64,000 nt of DNA from Alphaproteobacteria bacterium (GCA_031549385.1 JAVBPW010000005.1:74428-138427); one strand, 5' to 3'. Shown: positions 10,764-21,089, numbered from the stretch's first letter. Notes: a model not told the origin generated them from the letters alone. A program made the numbers and translations.

Positions 10764-11660
10764 CTATTTCCCTTTTATTTGTACATATTGAACTTTGTTT
10801 TCTCTGTATCCATCAACTCTTCCATGTGTAAAGATTCCTGTTGGAACTGCTATTTTAAAATGTTGATTACGCCACCAGTCATTGTTTAAAATTATTTCTG
10901 GAACTTGGAACCCATTTAGTGTTCTTGAACTTGGATGTTCATTTATATATTTACAAATTACATTCAAAAAGAAATCTCTTTTCATCATGAATGGTTGTTC
11001 TGAATAGTTTATGCAACATGAGTCAACTATAAATGTGTCGTCTATTTTCTTTATGTATTTTGGAAACAATAGAGCAGGATTGTCTTCAATGAAAACGGAA
11101 CGTCCTAATAACTTTTTTGCTTTTGATGGGCGAATTAATCTTTTGAAAAATTTAAGTGGATTGTATTTTAAATCTTTTTCACATATAGGGTGAGCTTGAG
11201 TTATAAATCTTTTAGATATTTTTTGAACATTATAATATTTTAAATACTTTTTTACATCAGAAAAAGATTCACCAACTTGATAGCGGTGGCGGAGGCGGAC
11301 TATATCAGCTTGTCCTGTTTTTAACAAATTTTCAGCAAAATCAAGTTGTTCTTTTATTTCTTTTTTATCTTGAACATATAATGGACAATCATTTTGAAGT
11401 ATTACTATATAATCTGTGTTTAAACTTTGTGCTATATTTTCTTCTGCTACAAAACATAGATTTCTTTCATCCCCAAATGGTGTGTAACCATATTTTTTTG
11501 CTATTTTATCGTCTTCCTCAGTTCTTTCGTTAAACCATATGATTTTTTCATCAAAAAATGATGTTAATTGTCCTTCTTCGTATGAATTTAGTGTGGAAAT
11601 TAGAGTTTGGTGAGATTTCCAGCTTAAAATGCCTACACCTTTTGTTTTTTTATTTTGCAA
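10764..11660 (-). CDS. Putative glycosyltransferase (TTG start)
   Basis: First gene of the GT operon; GILSW and ILQNDC motifs; GGAGAG SD. Confidence 0.55.
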   Translation of the reverse strand: MQNKKTKGVGILSWKSHQTLISTLNSYEEGQLTSFFDEKIIWFNERTEEDDKIAKKYGYTPFGDERNLCFVAEENIAQSLNTDYIVILQNDCPLYVQDKKEIKEQLDFAENLLKTGQADIVRLRHRYQVGESFSDVKKYLKYYNVQKISKRFITQAHPICEKDLKYNPLKFFKRLIRPSKAKKLLGRSVFIEDNPALLFPKYIKKIDDTFIVDSCCINYSEQPFMMKRDFFLNVICKYINEHPSSRTLNGFQVPEIILNNDWWRNQHFKIAVPTGIFTHGRVDGYRENKVQYVQIKGK

Positions 11661-11745
11661 GCTATCTCTCCTTTTTCTTGAAAATATATAATTCTGAGTA
11701 TAGAATGAATTGGTAAAAAATCAATATAAAAAAGGTTTTTAGATT

Positions 11746-13089
11746 ATGTTTGAAAATTTAACAAAAAAAATTAGTGGTATTTTTAATGTTTTTGCTTCTT
11801 CTACTATTACAGAGGAAGTGTTGGAAAAGGCTTTGAGAGAAATAAAAATTGCTCTTTTGGAAGCTGATACTTCTTTGGAAGTTGTTAAAAGTATTATAGA
11901 TGAGATAAAAGAGAAAACTTTGGGAACTTCTGCAGTTAAGGGAGTGGATAGAGCTGATTACATCATAAAAGTTGTTAATGATGCATTAGTCGAGAAACTG
12001 GGTTCAGAAAATAATGAACTTAATTTGTCTGGAAAACCTGCTGTTATATTGATGGTTGGGTTACAAGGTAGTGGAAAGACTACAACTGCTGGAAAACTGG
12101 CTAATTTTTTGAAAACTAAAAAAGATAAAAAGGTTTTACTTGCTTCAACTGACATTTATAGACCTCAAGCTCGTGAACAATTGTCTATATTGGCTGAGAG
12201 AGCAGGTGTTGAGAGTTTAGAAATCAAAGAAAAAGAAAGTGTTGAAGATATTACTAAGAGGGCTCTAAAATCTGGAAAAGATTATGATTGTTTGATTATT
12301 GATACAGCGGGACGATTGCAAATTGATGATGCTATGATGAAAGAAATAGCAGAAATAAAGAAGATTAGTAAGCCTGATAACGTTGTTTTATGTGTTGATG
12401 CTGTTATGGGACAGGAAAGTGTTAATGTTGCTAAAGCTTTTCATGATGCGCTAAATATTACTGGGATTATTATGACACGCGCAGATGGTGATGCGAGAGG
12501 TGGTGCATTGCTTTCTATGAAAATGGTTTCTGGGGCTAGTATCTTATTCCTTGGAGTTGGAGAAAAGATTTCTGATTTGGAAGTTTTCCACAGAGAACGT
12601 ATGGCGCAAAGAATTCTTGGAATGGGGGATATTGTTTCCCTTGTTGAACAGGCTCAAGAAAAAATGGACAGTCAGGAAGTTGAAAAAGTTTCAAATCGTA
12701 TGATGTCTGGACAATTTGACTTTAATGATATGCTATCTCAATTTAAACAAATGAAAAAAATGGGCAATATTAAAGGAATTTTAAAGTATATTCCTGGAAT
12801 TTCTGGAGTGATGGATAAGATTAATTCTATGGGGCTTGCTGATGATAATACATTTAAGAAACAGGAAGCTATTATATTGTCTATGACTGAGAAGGAAAGG
12901 GCTAACCCAAAGTTGCTTTATTTATCACGTAAAGAAAGGATTGCTAAAGGATCTGGGACTTCACTTAAAGATGTTGATTCTTTGATTAAACAATATGAAA
13001 AAATGCGTGATATGATGAATAAAATGAATTCATTAGGCGGAATTGAAGGTATGCAAAAAATGATGGAAGAAATGCAGAATAAGAAATAA
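11746..13089 (+). CDS. ffh: Signal recognition particle protein
   Basis: GLQGSGKTTT, DTAGRLQ, DGDARGG, RILGMGD, Met-rich M domain. Confidence 0.97.
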   Translation: MFENLTKKISGIFNVFASSTITEEVLEKALREIKIALLEADTSLEVVKSIIDEIKEKTLGTSAVKGVDRADYIIKVVNDALVEKLGSENNELNLSGKPAVILMVGLQGSGKTTTAGKLANFLKTKKDKKVLLASTDIYRPQAREQLSILAERAGVESLEIKEKESVEDITKRALKSGKDYDCLIIDTAGRLQIDDAMMKEIAEIKKISKPDNVVLCVDAVMGQESVNVAKAFHDALNITGIIMTRADGDARGGALLSMKMVSGASILFLGVGEKISDLEVFHRERMAQRILGMGDIVSLVEQAQEKMDSQEVEKVSNRMMSGQFDFNDMLSQFKQMKKMGNIKGILKYIPGISGVMDKINSMGLADDNTFKKQEAIILSMTEKERANPKLLYLSRKERIAKGSGTSLKDVDSLIKQYEKMRDMMNKMNSLGGIEGMQKMMEEMQNKK

Positions 13090-14358
13090 TTATCTTTCTT
13101 TTTCTTGTTGGTTTTCTTTATGCGTTTTGATGTTTTCTAATATATTTAAAAGAACTAAAGCTTTTTGCAATTTTTGTTTTTCTTTCTTTCGTTTTATATA
13201 ATTTGCATTGTTTATTCGATTTCTTTCTTTGAGTGCTTCTGCTTGTTCAGGTGTCATATTTGCTTTTCTTTTATTATAACTTTCTTTTTTGCTTTTGCTA
13301 ACTTTTTCTTTATTGTTTTCACGATAGTTTTTTTCATATTGTAGTCTAGATTCCAAGTTGTCTTGTCTGTATTGTTCTTGATATTCAGCTATTTGTTCAA
13401 AATGATTTTTATAGTATTTTTTGTTTACTTTATCAACTTTACTTTTGTTGTTTTTATAATAATTTACTTTGTAATTATGAGATTCTTCCTTGTGTTGATT
13501 TTCGTATTCTCTTTGTTTCAAAATAAGAGCTTCTCTGTTTTTCTTATAATACTTTTTTCTACGAATTGTTTTTTCTAATTCTTTTATTTCATCTAATATT
13601 TTTATAGATAAATTGATTTTGTACTTATTTTTTAAGTAAATTACTTTCTTTCTTAAAGAAATTATATTTTTATTAATTGTTCTATAATTTTTTTCATATT
13701 GTAACAAAAATTCAAGATTTTCCTGCCTGTATTCTTTTCTGTAAGTAGTCATTTTTTCTGGATTTTCTTGTGCGTATTTTTTTGACCTTTGTGCATAAGC
13801 ATCTTTGTTATTTATGTAATGATTGTGTCTTTTTTCTTTTAAAGCTTCTTTATTATTTTCTCTGTAATTTTTTCCGTGTTCTTTAATTTTTTCTTTTATT
13901 TCTCTGTTTTTCTTTTGAATTCTGCTATTTGTTTGTATTTCTACTTTTTTTTCATCTGTTTCGTAAAGATATGACTTTCTGTTTAATTCTATTTTAGAAC
14001 TTAAATATTTTACTTTGCTTGCAGTTATTGGAATTGGAGATGATGCTGCTATTAATTCACAAAGGTTTTCAGAAAGGAAAACTTTTTCATTTAAAATATC
14101 AAGAAAGGCTTTTTCAGAGAAAATGTTTTCTAAATTTTCAGATTTGAGGAAGTCTGAAATTGATTTTTCTTTAGATGAATCATATAAATACCACTCTGTG
14201 AACAGTTCAGGAAGAGAATTTATTGATTTACGAACACTTTCTTTTGAAATATAAATACTATTAAAACCACTTGTAAATTCTTGATAAACTGAATCATTTG
14301 AAGAAGTAGTTTCTTCAAATATATCTAATATTTCAGTGTCTAAATTATCATAAGGCAT
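13090..14358 (-). CDS. Hypothetical protein with ~15-aa Y-x-x-x-N-x-E basic repeats
   Basis: Long ORF with repeated YRENNKE/YRQENLE/YYKKNRE units. Confidence 0.7.
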   Translation of the reverse strand: MPYDNLDTEILDIFEETTSSNDSVYQEFTSGFNSIYISKESVRKSINSLPELFTEWYLYDSSKEKSISDFLKSENLENIFSEKAFLDILNEKVFLSENLCELIAASSPIPITASKVKYLSSKIELNRKSYLYETDEKKVEIQTNSRIQKKNREIKEKIKEHGKNYRENNKEALKEKRHNHYINNKDAYAQRSKKYAQENPEKMTTYRKEYRQENLEFLLQYEKNYRTINKNIISLRKKVIYLKNKYKINLSIKILDEIKELEKTIRRKKYYKKNREALILKQREYENQHKEESHNYKVNYYKNNKSKVDKVNKKYYKNHFEQIAEYQEQYRQDNLESRLQYEKNYRENNKEKVSKSKKESYNKRKANMTPEQAEALKERNRINNANYIKRKKEKQKLQKALVLLNILENIKTHKENQQEKER

Positions 14359-14490
14359 TAAAATTCCTTTATATTTTATATAAAAGATAATAAATATTAA
14401 TTATTTGTCAAGTTTTATTTGATTGATTATAGAAAATGGTGTGTTAATAATTGATTTAACAAATAAAAATCAAATTTAATAAATACTTAT

Positions 14491-15243
14491 ATGAAAAATG
14501 TTATAATTGTTGGATTTGGCAGCATGGGAAAAATGATTGCCAAGAATATCTATGAGTCTGAAGATTTTAAACTCATTGATATTGTTGATCCGGAAAAAAT
14601 TGAGCAAACCATTTATGGGCTGAAAGTGAAAGAAAGTATTCATGATACAGATTATGATAAAGCAAATTTGGTTATTGATGCTAGTTTACCCAAATGTGTG
14701 TTTGAAAATTGTTTACAGTCTATTGGACTTGGGCTTGAAGTTTTGGTTGTTGCCACTGGTTTGAGTAAAGAACAAGTTGATGAATTGGGAAAATCAAAAA
14801 GAATATTTATTTCATCAAATTATTCGATTGGAATGAATATGTTGTTCAAATCGGTTCGTCAATTAGCCCCGTTATATGCTTATGTGGAAATTATGGAGAC
14901 TCATGCAGATACAAAAGCTGAAGTGCCTTCTGGGACGGCTATTACAACATCTCGAATATTGGTAGAAGCAAACCCTGAACTAGCCAACAGAGTTTATAAA
15001 GGTGTTGAATTATATCCTGGTTCTCTTGGGGCAAATGTCAATGGTATTCGTGTTTGTGCTCGTCGGGTTCCTCCCGGGTATCCTACCGTGCAAACTGTGA
15101 AGTTTTATTCAACAAGCGGTGAAACGTTTGAGTTGCATCATGAGGTTTTGGGGCGGGAGTCTTATTGGGATGGTATTAAAATTGCTGCTGAACATTTGCT
15201 CGAAAATGGGGGGTTTTACAGGAGCCTTGAAGAAATCCTGTAA
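14491..15243 (+). CDS. dapB: Divergent 4-hydroxy-tetrahydrodipicolinate reductase-like protein
   Basis: GFGSMG Rossmann motif, SSNYSIG, ETHADTKAEVPSGTA. Confidence 0.75.
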   Translation: MKNVIIVGFGSMGKMIAKNIYESEDFKLIDIVDPEKIEQTIYGLKVKESIHDTDYDKANLVIDASLPKCVFENCLQSIGLGLEVLVVATGLSKEQVDELGKSKRIFISSNYSIGMNMLFKSVRQLAPLYAYVEIMETHADTKAEVPSGTAITTSRILVEANPELANRVYKGVELYPGSLGANVNGIRVCARRVPPGYPTVQTVKFYSTSGETFELHHEVLGRESYWDGIKIAAEHLLENGGFYRSLEEIL

Positions 15244-15261
15244 CTTGTTACGCTATAAATT

Positions 15262-15285
15262 AAGGCCTCTTTCGAGGCCTTTTTT
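15262..15285. terminator. Intrinsic terminator between convergent genes
   Basis: AAGGCCTC-TTTC-GAGGCCTT followed by a T run. Confidence 0.8.
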
Positions 15286-16510
15286 AATCATATAAATTTT
15301 GAGTTGAGGAAGATTGTTTGTTTAAATCTTTTCCACGAAGTTTTGCTCTTTTATTTATTTCTATTTGAACCTTTGCTTGAATAGATTCAATTATTTCTGG
15401 TTTGTTAGCAAAACGTGTATTCATTTGATTTGTTTCTCTTACGCATTGTGTTTGTATAATATTGTCTATTTCTGATTGGAAAGAACAATTGCTCCAATTT
15501 AAATCACAGATTTCTGCTACACATGTTACTATTTTATCTGTGTATTCTTTAATGTCTGCATCTTCCATATCGTCTGATAATTTTTGAACGGTTCTTAAAG
15601 TTGCTGAGAAATTACCGTTTACACTTGTTAGTAAATCTTGAAATGCTAATTCAAAGTTTTCTTTTCCACATTTTTGACCTATTTCAGCAAAAACACGAGT
15701 TTTACGGTCTTGGAAATTTTTTTGAACTTCTTTTTTACATGTGTCTTCTGAATTTACACTTGTGCATTTAATACAATTCTTATAATCAAATCCACTGCAT
15801 TCACGAACATAGAATTCTTTTAATTTGTTTGAACATGTTAGAATATTATATGATCCGCCAATTGCTAAATCTTTGTATGATTTTTTCATTTTTTTAGCTT
15901 GCATATTGTCATATGCTATTGTTTCTTCTTCTTTATTTAAGTGGTCTAAATAATCATTACATGTATCGTTGATTCTTGATTTATAGCTTTCTAAAATCTT
16001 TGTTGCATTTGTGCTTGAACATGATTTTGCTATTTTCTCACATGCATTTTTTGCTTTTGTGTATAATGATGTACCTTTTTCAAGAAAATCACCAGTTTTT
16101 CCAGCTGTGTTTATTGTTATAGCACTGTATGTCATTTCAAATTCTTCATCATCATCACCCCAAGCTCCTGCTTGTTTTAATGTAGCTTTTTGAGTTTTTA
16201 ATTTTGGAATGTCTGTATTTATTATTTTTTCTGTTTCTTCTTGCATTTTTAATAGTTTGCTTCTTTTTGGCATGATTGTATTTTCAAAGTATGAAGCACA
16301 GATACAACGTCCTGTTTTAGAGTTATTACAAATTTCATCCATACAATCTGTAACTTTTTCTAAACAGAGGGCGTCTTGTTGGATATCAAGTGAAACACTA
16401 TCAAAAGCATTTTGAATTTTTGCTTTTTTTGCTTCTATATCAACTAAATCATCAGCTGCAAATGAATAAGAGCTCGCAATTAATGTCAATAATAATAGAA
16501 TTTTCTTCAT
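15284..16510 (-). CDS. Secreted Cys-rich hypothetical protein
   Basis: Sec signal (SYSFA); many C-x3-C / CxC pairs. Confidence 0.8.
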   Translation of the reverse strand: MKKILLLLTLIASSYSFAADDLVDIEAKKAKIQNAFDSVSLDIQQDALCLEKVTDCMDEICNNSKTGRCICASYFENTIMPKRSKLLKMQEETEKIINTDIPKLKTQKATLKQAGAWGDDDEEFEMTYSAITINTAGKTGDFLEKGTSLYTKAKNACEKIAKSCSSTNATKILESYKSRINDTCNDYLDHLNKEEETIAYDNMQAKKMKKSYKDLAIGGSYNILTCSNKLKEFYVRECSGFDYKNCIKCTSVNSEDTCKKEVQKNFQDRKTRVFAEIGQKCGKENFELAFQDLLTSVNGNFSATLRTVQKLSDDMEDADIKEYTDKIVTCVAEICDLNWSNCSFQSEIDNIIQTQCVRETNQMNTRFANKPEIIESIQAKVQIEINKRAKLRGKDLNKQSSSTQNLYD

Positions 16511-16651
16511 GTTTCCTTCCTCACTTTGCTTAGTATATCACAAAATTGATTTAAAAAAAAGTGTTTTTTGTTTGAGATTTGTTTTTTTATATCTATATAA
16601 GTTATATAGTTTAGAGTATAATTAATGTGTAGTAAAAAAAGGAGTAATGTT

Positions 16652-16969
16652 ATGTCTATATTTAATATTTCAGGGTCTTTTGATTTAGGGTCTTTAGCAG
16701 AATTAACAAAAATGGAGGTTGAACAACATCTTTTTAAATATGGTGAAAAAAAACCAGAAAAAGTAACGGTGGTTTATAAAAAAGAACATAAAGGTGACTT
16801 TTCTTGCCATATGTTAATTAGATCTATGAATAAAGAATTTATTGCAGAAGAAATTGCAGTTGATCCGAAAGTAGCTTTGGGACATGCATTGGAAAATATG
16901 GAAAAACAACTTAGACGTCATCATGACAAGATTTATAATCGTAAAGAAATAAAACGTGAAGTTGTTTAA
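16652..16969 (+). CDS. hpf: Ribosome hibernation factor (HPF/RaiA)
   Basis: AGGAG SD; DPKVALGHALENMEKQLRRHHDKI. Confidence 0.75.
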   Translation: MSIFNISGSFDLGSLAELTKMEVEQHLFKYGEKKPEKVTVVYKKEHKGDFSCHMLIRSMNKEFIAEEIAVDPKVALGHALENMEKQLRRHHDKIYNRKEIKREVV

Positions 16970-16981
16970 AACAATTAAGAA

Positions 16982-17010
16982 AAAAATAGGCTTGATAAAA
17001 GCCTATTTTT
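16982..17010 (+). terminator. Intrinsic terminator
   Basis: AAAAATAGGCTT...AAGCCTATTTTT. Confidence 0.7.
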
Positions 17011-17046
17011 CTTTATAATAAGTATTATCAGAGAAAAGGAAGTCAT

Positions 17047-17898
17047 ATGAATCAACAAACATTTAAAGAAGCTTTTCAAATTGAAGGTATTGGACTACAT
17101 TCAGGAAAACCTGTGGTTTTAAAATTTAAACCAGCAGATTTTGATTTTGGAATTAAATTCAAAAGAATTGATTTGAAAGATCAACCTTTGATTCCTGCAC
17201 TTTATTCTTCTGTTATTAATACTAAAATGTCTACTTTAGTTGGAACTTCTGCTGAAAATAGTGTTTCTACTATTGAACATCTTATGGCTGCTCTTTGGGC
17301 CTATGGGGTGGATAATTGTGAAATAGAAATAGAATCTGTGGAAATTCCTATTATGGATGGTGGATCTTCTGCTTTTATTGAAGAATTTAAAAAAATTGGT
17401 CTTGTTGATCAAGGAGTGGCTCGAAAATATCTTAAAATCAAAAAAGAAGTTTCTTTTTCTGATGAACGTGCAACTGTTAAGTTTTTACCTTTGAAAGAAG
17501 GTTTCGAAATTAAAACTTATATTAATTTTGAACGTAAGATGGTTGGAGAACAACAATTTGAATCTAAAATTGATGGCAGAATTTTCGAAAAAGAAGTTGG
17601 TCCTGCTCGTACTCATGGACATGTCGATGATCATGAAAAGTTGAAATCTATGGGGCTTGCTAAAGGGGCTAGCTTGGATAATTTACTTGTTTATGATGAT
17701 GAATCTATTCTTTCAACTGAAAAATTACGCTTTGTTAATGAAGTTGTAAGACATACTACACTTGATGCTATTGGTGATTTGTATACATCAGGTTATTTTA
17801 TAATTGGCAGATATGAAACTTCAAAAGGTGGGCACTATTATAATAATATGGTGCTTAGAAAACTTTTCGAAGATCCGTCAAATTATGAAATAGTTTAA
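17047..17898 (+). CDS. lpxC: UDP-3-O-acyl-GlcNAc deacetylase
   Basis: GIGLHSG, TIEHLMAAL, EIPIMDG, RHTTLDAIGD, GGH. Confidence 0.93.
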   Translation: MNQQTFKEAFQIEGIGLHSGKPVVLKFKPADFDFGIKFKRIDLKDQPLIPALYSSVINTKMSTLVGTSAENSVSTIEHLMAALWAYGVDNCEIEIESVEIPIMDGGSSAFIEEFKKIGLVDQGVARKYLKIKKEVSFSDERATVKFLPLKEGFEIKTYINFERKMVGEQQFESKIDGRIFEKEVGPARTHGHVDDHEKLKSMGLAKGASLDNLLVYDDESILSTEKLRFVNEVVRHTTLDAIGDLYTSGYFIIGRYETSKGGHYYNNMVLRKLFEDPSNYEIV

Positions 17899-18002
17899 TA
17901 AATTTCAAATTATTTTAACTTTTCGCTTTTATTAGACCTAATTTTGTGATATTATTAACTCACGAATATATTTTTAGGGCCTTTTTAGGGGAGGGGTTCA
18001 AG

Positions 18003-18632
18003 TTGACAGTATTTAAAAAATACTTTGTTGTATTATCTGCATTACTGCTTAGTGCTTGCGAGCCTGAGCCGGTTATGTCTTATGAAGACTTTCTTGCTAA
18101 TTATCCTGAAGCTAAAAAATTTGAAATTGATGCTACACCTGAAGCTAAAATAGAATCGGTGAGCAGAAAAGAAACAATTACATACACAGAAGATAGAGAA
18201 GAAATTAAAAATATTGAAACAAAGTATGTAGAAGAAGATAAAGGGGAAACCAAAGAAGTTGATATAAAACAAGTGGAAGTTAAAAAACTGCCAGAACCTA
18301 AACCAGATTATGCAGGTTTTCATTTTGAAGGGTTGGTTTTTCCGCATAACTCAAGGTTAGATCCAGAAAGTACTAAGATTTATAACAAAGAATCAAAAAC
18401 CTTGTGGTTTGGGCATATAAGAGCATATAGTCCTTTTAATTTAAAAGATGCTTTTGCTTTTTATGTGAATGCTATGCCAAGAAATGGCTGGGCTATGAAA
18501 ACATATATGCTTGATAAAACTAAAGGAAATTTGGTTTTTGAAAAAGAAAACCGTCTTGTTCAGATTAATTTAGAATCTGGCGGTGATAAGAGTTCTTATT
18601 TAAATATAATAGTTTCTATTTTAAAGGAGTAG
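18003..18632 (+). CDS. Lipoprotein of unknown function (one copy of a repeated domain)
   Basis: TTG start after GGGGAGGGG; lipobox LLSAC; FYVNAMPRNGW motif. Confidence 0.75.
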   Translation: MTVFKKYFVVLSALLLSACEPEPVMSYEDFLANYPEAKKFEIDATPEAKIESVSRKETITYTEDREEIKNIETKYVEEDKGETKEVDIKQVEVKKLPEPKPDYAGFHFEGLVFPHNSRLDPESTKIYNKESKTLWFGHIRAYSPFNLKDAFAFYVNAMPRNGWAMKTYMLDKTKGNLVFEKENRLVQINLESGGDKSSYLNIIVSILKE

Positions 18633-18645
18633 AGAAGGGGGAAGT

Positions 18646-19677
18646 ATGAGACAACAAGTAATGAGAAGAAATATGGTAAAAGAGTTAATTCAAGATTCTG
18701 CGGTGTTTGCGGTAGTATTCTTAATGTTGATGGGAATGTATGATACATTAGTTCCTAAAAAATTAAAGAAAGCTGAGCCTGTGGTTGAAATGGTTGCTAA
18801 AAATATTGGTAGTGGAAGGGGAAGGGTTGCTGAACAGCCTAAAGCTAGGGTGGTTTCACAAGATAAGGCTGCTGTGGCTAAATCAGAACCTGTGGTTGTT
18901 TCTTATATTGCACAAGGGTCAAAGGAAGTTATGAAACCTGTTGATACTTCTGCTATTAAAAACCCACCTGTGCTTGTTAGTGAAATGGATCCAAATGCAT
19001 ACTTCAGAGATGTTGTGTTTCCTGGAGAATCTGCTGTAGATATGTCTTCTACAAATGTTTATAAAGATCCAACAACTGGTGATAATTTTGGAGTTTTAAC
19101 TGTTAATGCTCCTTATGCTATTACTGGATTGTTTGAATATTATATAAATCAAATGCCTGCAAATGGTTGGGAAATGGCTTCATACCAAGTTAATGAAAGT
19201 GAAAAAGGTGAAATACACTTTATTAATCACACAAGAAAACTTGATATGGTTATGGAAGATAATGGTGCTGAAGGGACTATTATAAGAGCTCATGTTACTC
19301 CAAAAGTTGAAGATGGAAGTTCTGCAAAAGGTCTTTTACCAGTGCTTGTTCGTGATACAGATCCAAATGCTTACTTTAAAGATGTTTTGTTTGCTAATGG
19401 TACTGTTGTTGATATGGCTAAAACACAAGTTTATAAAGACTTAAAAACTGGAGAAACATTCGGAAATATGACAGTGAAAATACCTTATGCTATTCGTGGT
19501 GTGTTTGAATTCTACTTAAATAAAATGCACATGTTTGGATGGGATTTGGATACTTACAGTGTAGAAGATGAAAAAGGTGAAATACACTATAAAGCTGGAA
19601 GCCGTAGACTTGATATAGTAATGGAAGATGCTGGATCTGAAGGTACTGTTATGAAAGTTAGCGTAAGCATACAATAA
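18646..19677 (+). CDS. Membrane-anchored protein with two copies of the same domain
   Basis: N-terminal TM helix; two DPNAYF(R/K)DV...GW repeats. Confidence 0.8.
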   Translation: MRQQVMRRNMVKELIQDSAVFAVVFLMLMGMYDTLVPKKLKKAEPVVEMVAKNIGSGRGRVAEQPKARVVSQDKAAVAKSEPVVVSYIAQGSKEVMKPVDTSAIKNPPVLVSEMDPNAYFRDVVFPGESAVDMSSTNVYKDPTTGDNFGVLTVNAPYAITGLFEYYINQMPANGWEMASYQVNESEKGEIHFINHTRKLDMVMEDNGAEGTIIRAHVTPKVEDGSSAKGLLPVLVRDTDPNAYFKDVLFANGTVVDMAKTQVYKDLKTGETFGNMTVKIPYAIRGVFEFYLNKMHMFGWDLDTYSVEDEKGEIHYKAGSRRLDIVMEDAGSEGTVMKVSVSIQ

Positions 19678-19700
19678 CTTGAACTTGGGAGGGGGAAGTT

Positions 19701-20687
19701 ATGGAATTACATAATGTAAATAATGGCGGAGGCCAAAGTAATAATAACCAATCAGGAGTGGGACAAAGTGTCCCTCCTTCTGGTGGAAAGAAAAAAATTA
19801 TAATACAATTGTTTTATATTTTAATGATTGTGTTTGTAATAGCTTTGTTTTGGATTTATGCGACAAAAGATATTGGACTATCAAATTTAGATTTTGTTAA
19901 AAATACTAAGAATTTTTTCACAAAAAAATCTGGTGATACATCTTTGCCTATGAAAGGAAAAGAAGGTGGAGATAAGAAAGTAGCAAAAGCCGAAAATTGT
20001 GATAAGACTGATAGAAAAGAAAAAGAGAAAGTTCGTGTTGCAATTTTAGTTGGTAAAAATGTAGATGAGTTTTTTGTTACTACTATGATGTGTAGTGGAA
20101 ATAATATATTTAAACTTCATGAAGGTAAAACTGAATGGTATGGTGATGTTGCTATAGTTGATGCAGACAAAATGTCTTATAACATAGATACAGAAAAGGT
20201 AATAGATTTATATTTTTCATGCTTAGATGGATTTGTCGATCAATTTCCAAATGGGATGAAGGGAGAAATACTTTATATGGTAGCTGGTGATAGTGTTTTA
20301 GGTATAATGCCAGAAAAAGGATTGGCGTTTGACTTTGAAACTATTAAACCTACTGTGCGTGGACGTGAAGTTATGGTTAAGAATTTTAGTATAATCTATA
20401 AAGATAATGGCGAAGTTTTATATAGCCCAAAAGATATACAAATTGAACCTGTTAATAATTTTCAAGCTCCTGTTTATCAACCACCAATTCAACCTGAACC
20501 AGTAGTTGTTAATGATATGCCTTATTTTGAAGCAAATCAAAGTACTGATTATGTGGTAGATTCACAAGAAGAATTTGATGACCAAGGTCAAGATGAGTAT
20601 TATGATGAAGCTCAAGGTGAGTTTGATGATGGTGGAGATGAATATGATGATTATCCAGAAGAAGAATTAGACGAAGGTCAATATTAG
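19701..20687 (+). CDS. Single-TM hypothetical protein with acidic D/E/Y tail
   Basis: Strong SD; TM helix; low-complexity DEYYDE C-terminus. Confidence 0.75.
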   Translation: MELHNVNNGGGQSNNNQSGVGQSVPPSGGKKKIIIQLFYILMIVFVIALFWIYATKDIGLSNLDFVKNTKNFFTKKSGDTSLPMKGKEGGDKKVAKAENCDKTDRKEKEKVRVAILVGKNVDEFFVTTMMCSGNNIFKLHEGKTEWYGDVAIVDADKMSYNIDTEKVIDLYFSCLDGFVDQFPNGMKGEILYMVAGDSVLGIMPEKGLAFDFETIKPTVRGREVMVKNFSIIYKDNGEVLYSPKDIQIEPVNNFQAPVYQPPIQPEPVVVNDMPYFEANQSTDYVVDSQEEFDDQGQDEYYDEAQGEFDDGGDEYDDYPEEELDEGQY

Positions 20688-20714
20688 TTTTCTTTATAAA
20701 AGAGAAAAGGGAGA

Positions 20715-20948
20715 TTAAAATCTCCCTTTTTTTGTTTTTGTATTATTTGTTATTGTATCTACAATTATTTTTGCAATAATTGCAGAAATTCCAACATATA
20801 AAAATACTGGAATTATAGTTGAAATTGTTTTTGATAGTTCTGTTTCCTGAAATTTAGGTAAAAGATTTATTACATAAATTGCAAATAATACAGTTACAAT
20901 ACTCCATACAAATAAACAAGAAAGTGTACTAACTACTTTGGTTTTCAT
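20715..20948 (-). CDS. Small two-TM hypothetical protein
   Basis: Two hydrophobic stretches; stands alone in an intergenic gap. Confidence 0.55.
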   Translation of the reverse strand: MKTKVVSTLSCLFVWSIVTVLFAIYVINLLPKFQETELSKTISTIIPVFLYVGISAIIAKIIVDTITNNTKTKKGRF

Positions 20949-21089
20949 TTTTTAATTTTAATTTATTATTATCTGTACTTTTAATATAGTGAATAAAGCT
21001 TTATTTGTCAAGTGTTTAATATAAAATATATTGTAATAAAAAATGGCTCATATTGAGCCATTTAGTGTTTTTATTACTGTTTTTAGAAA

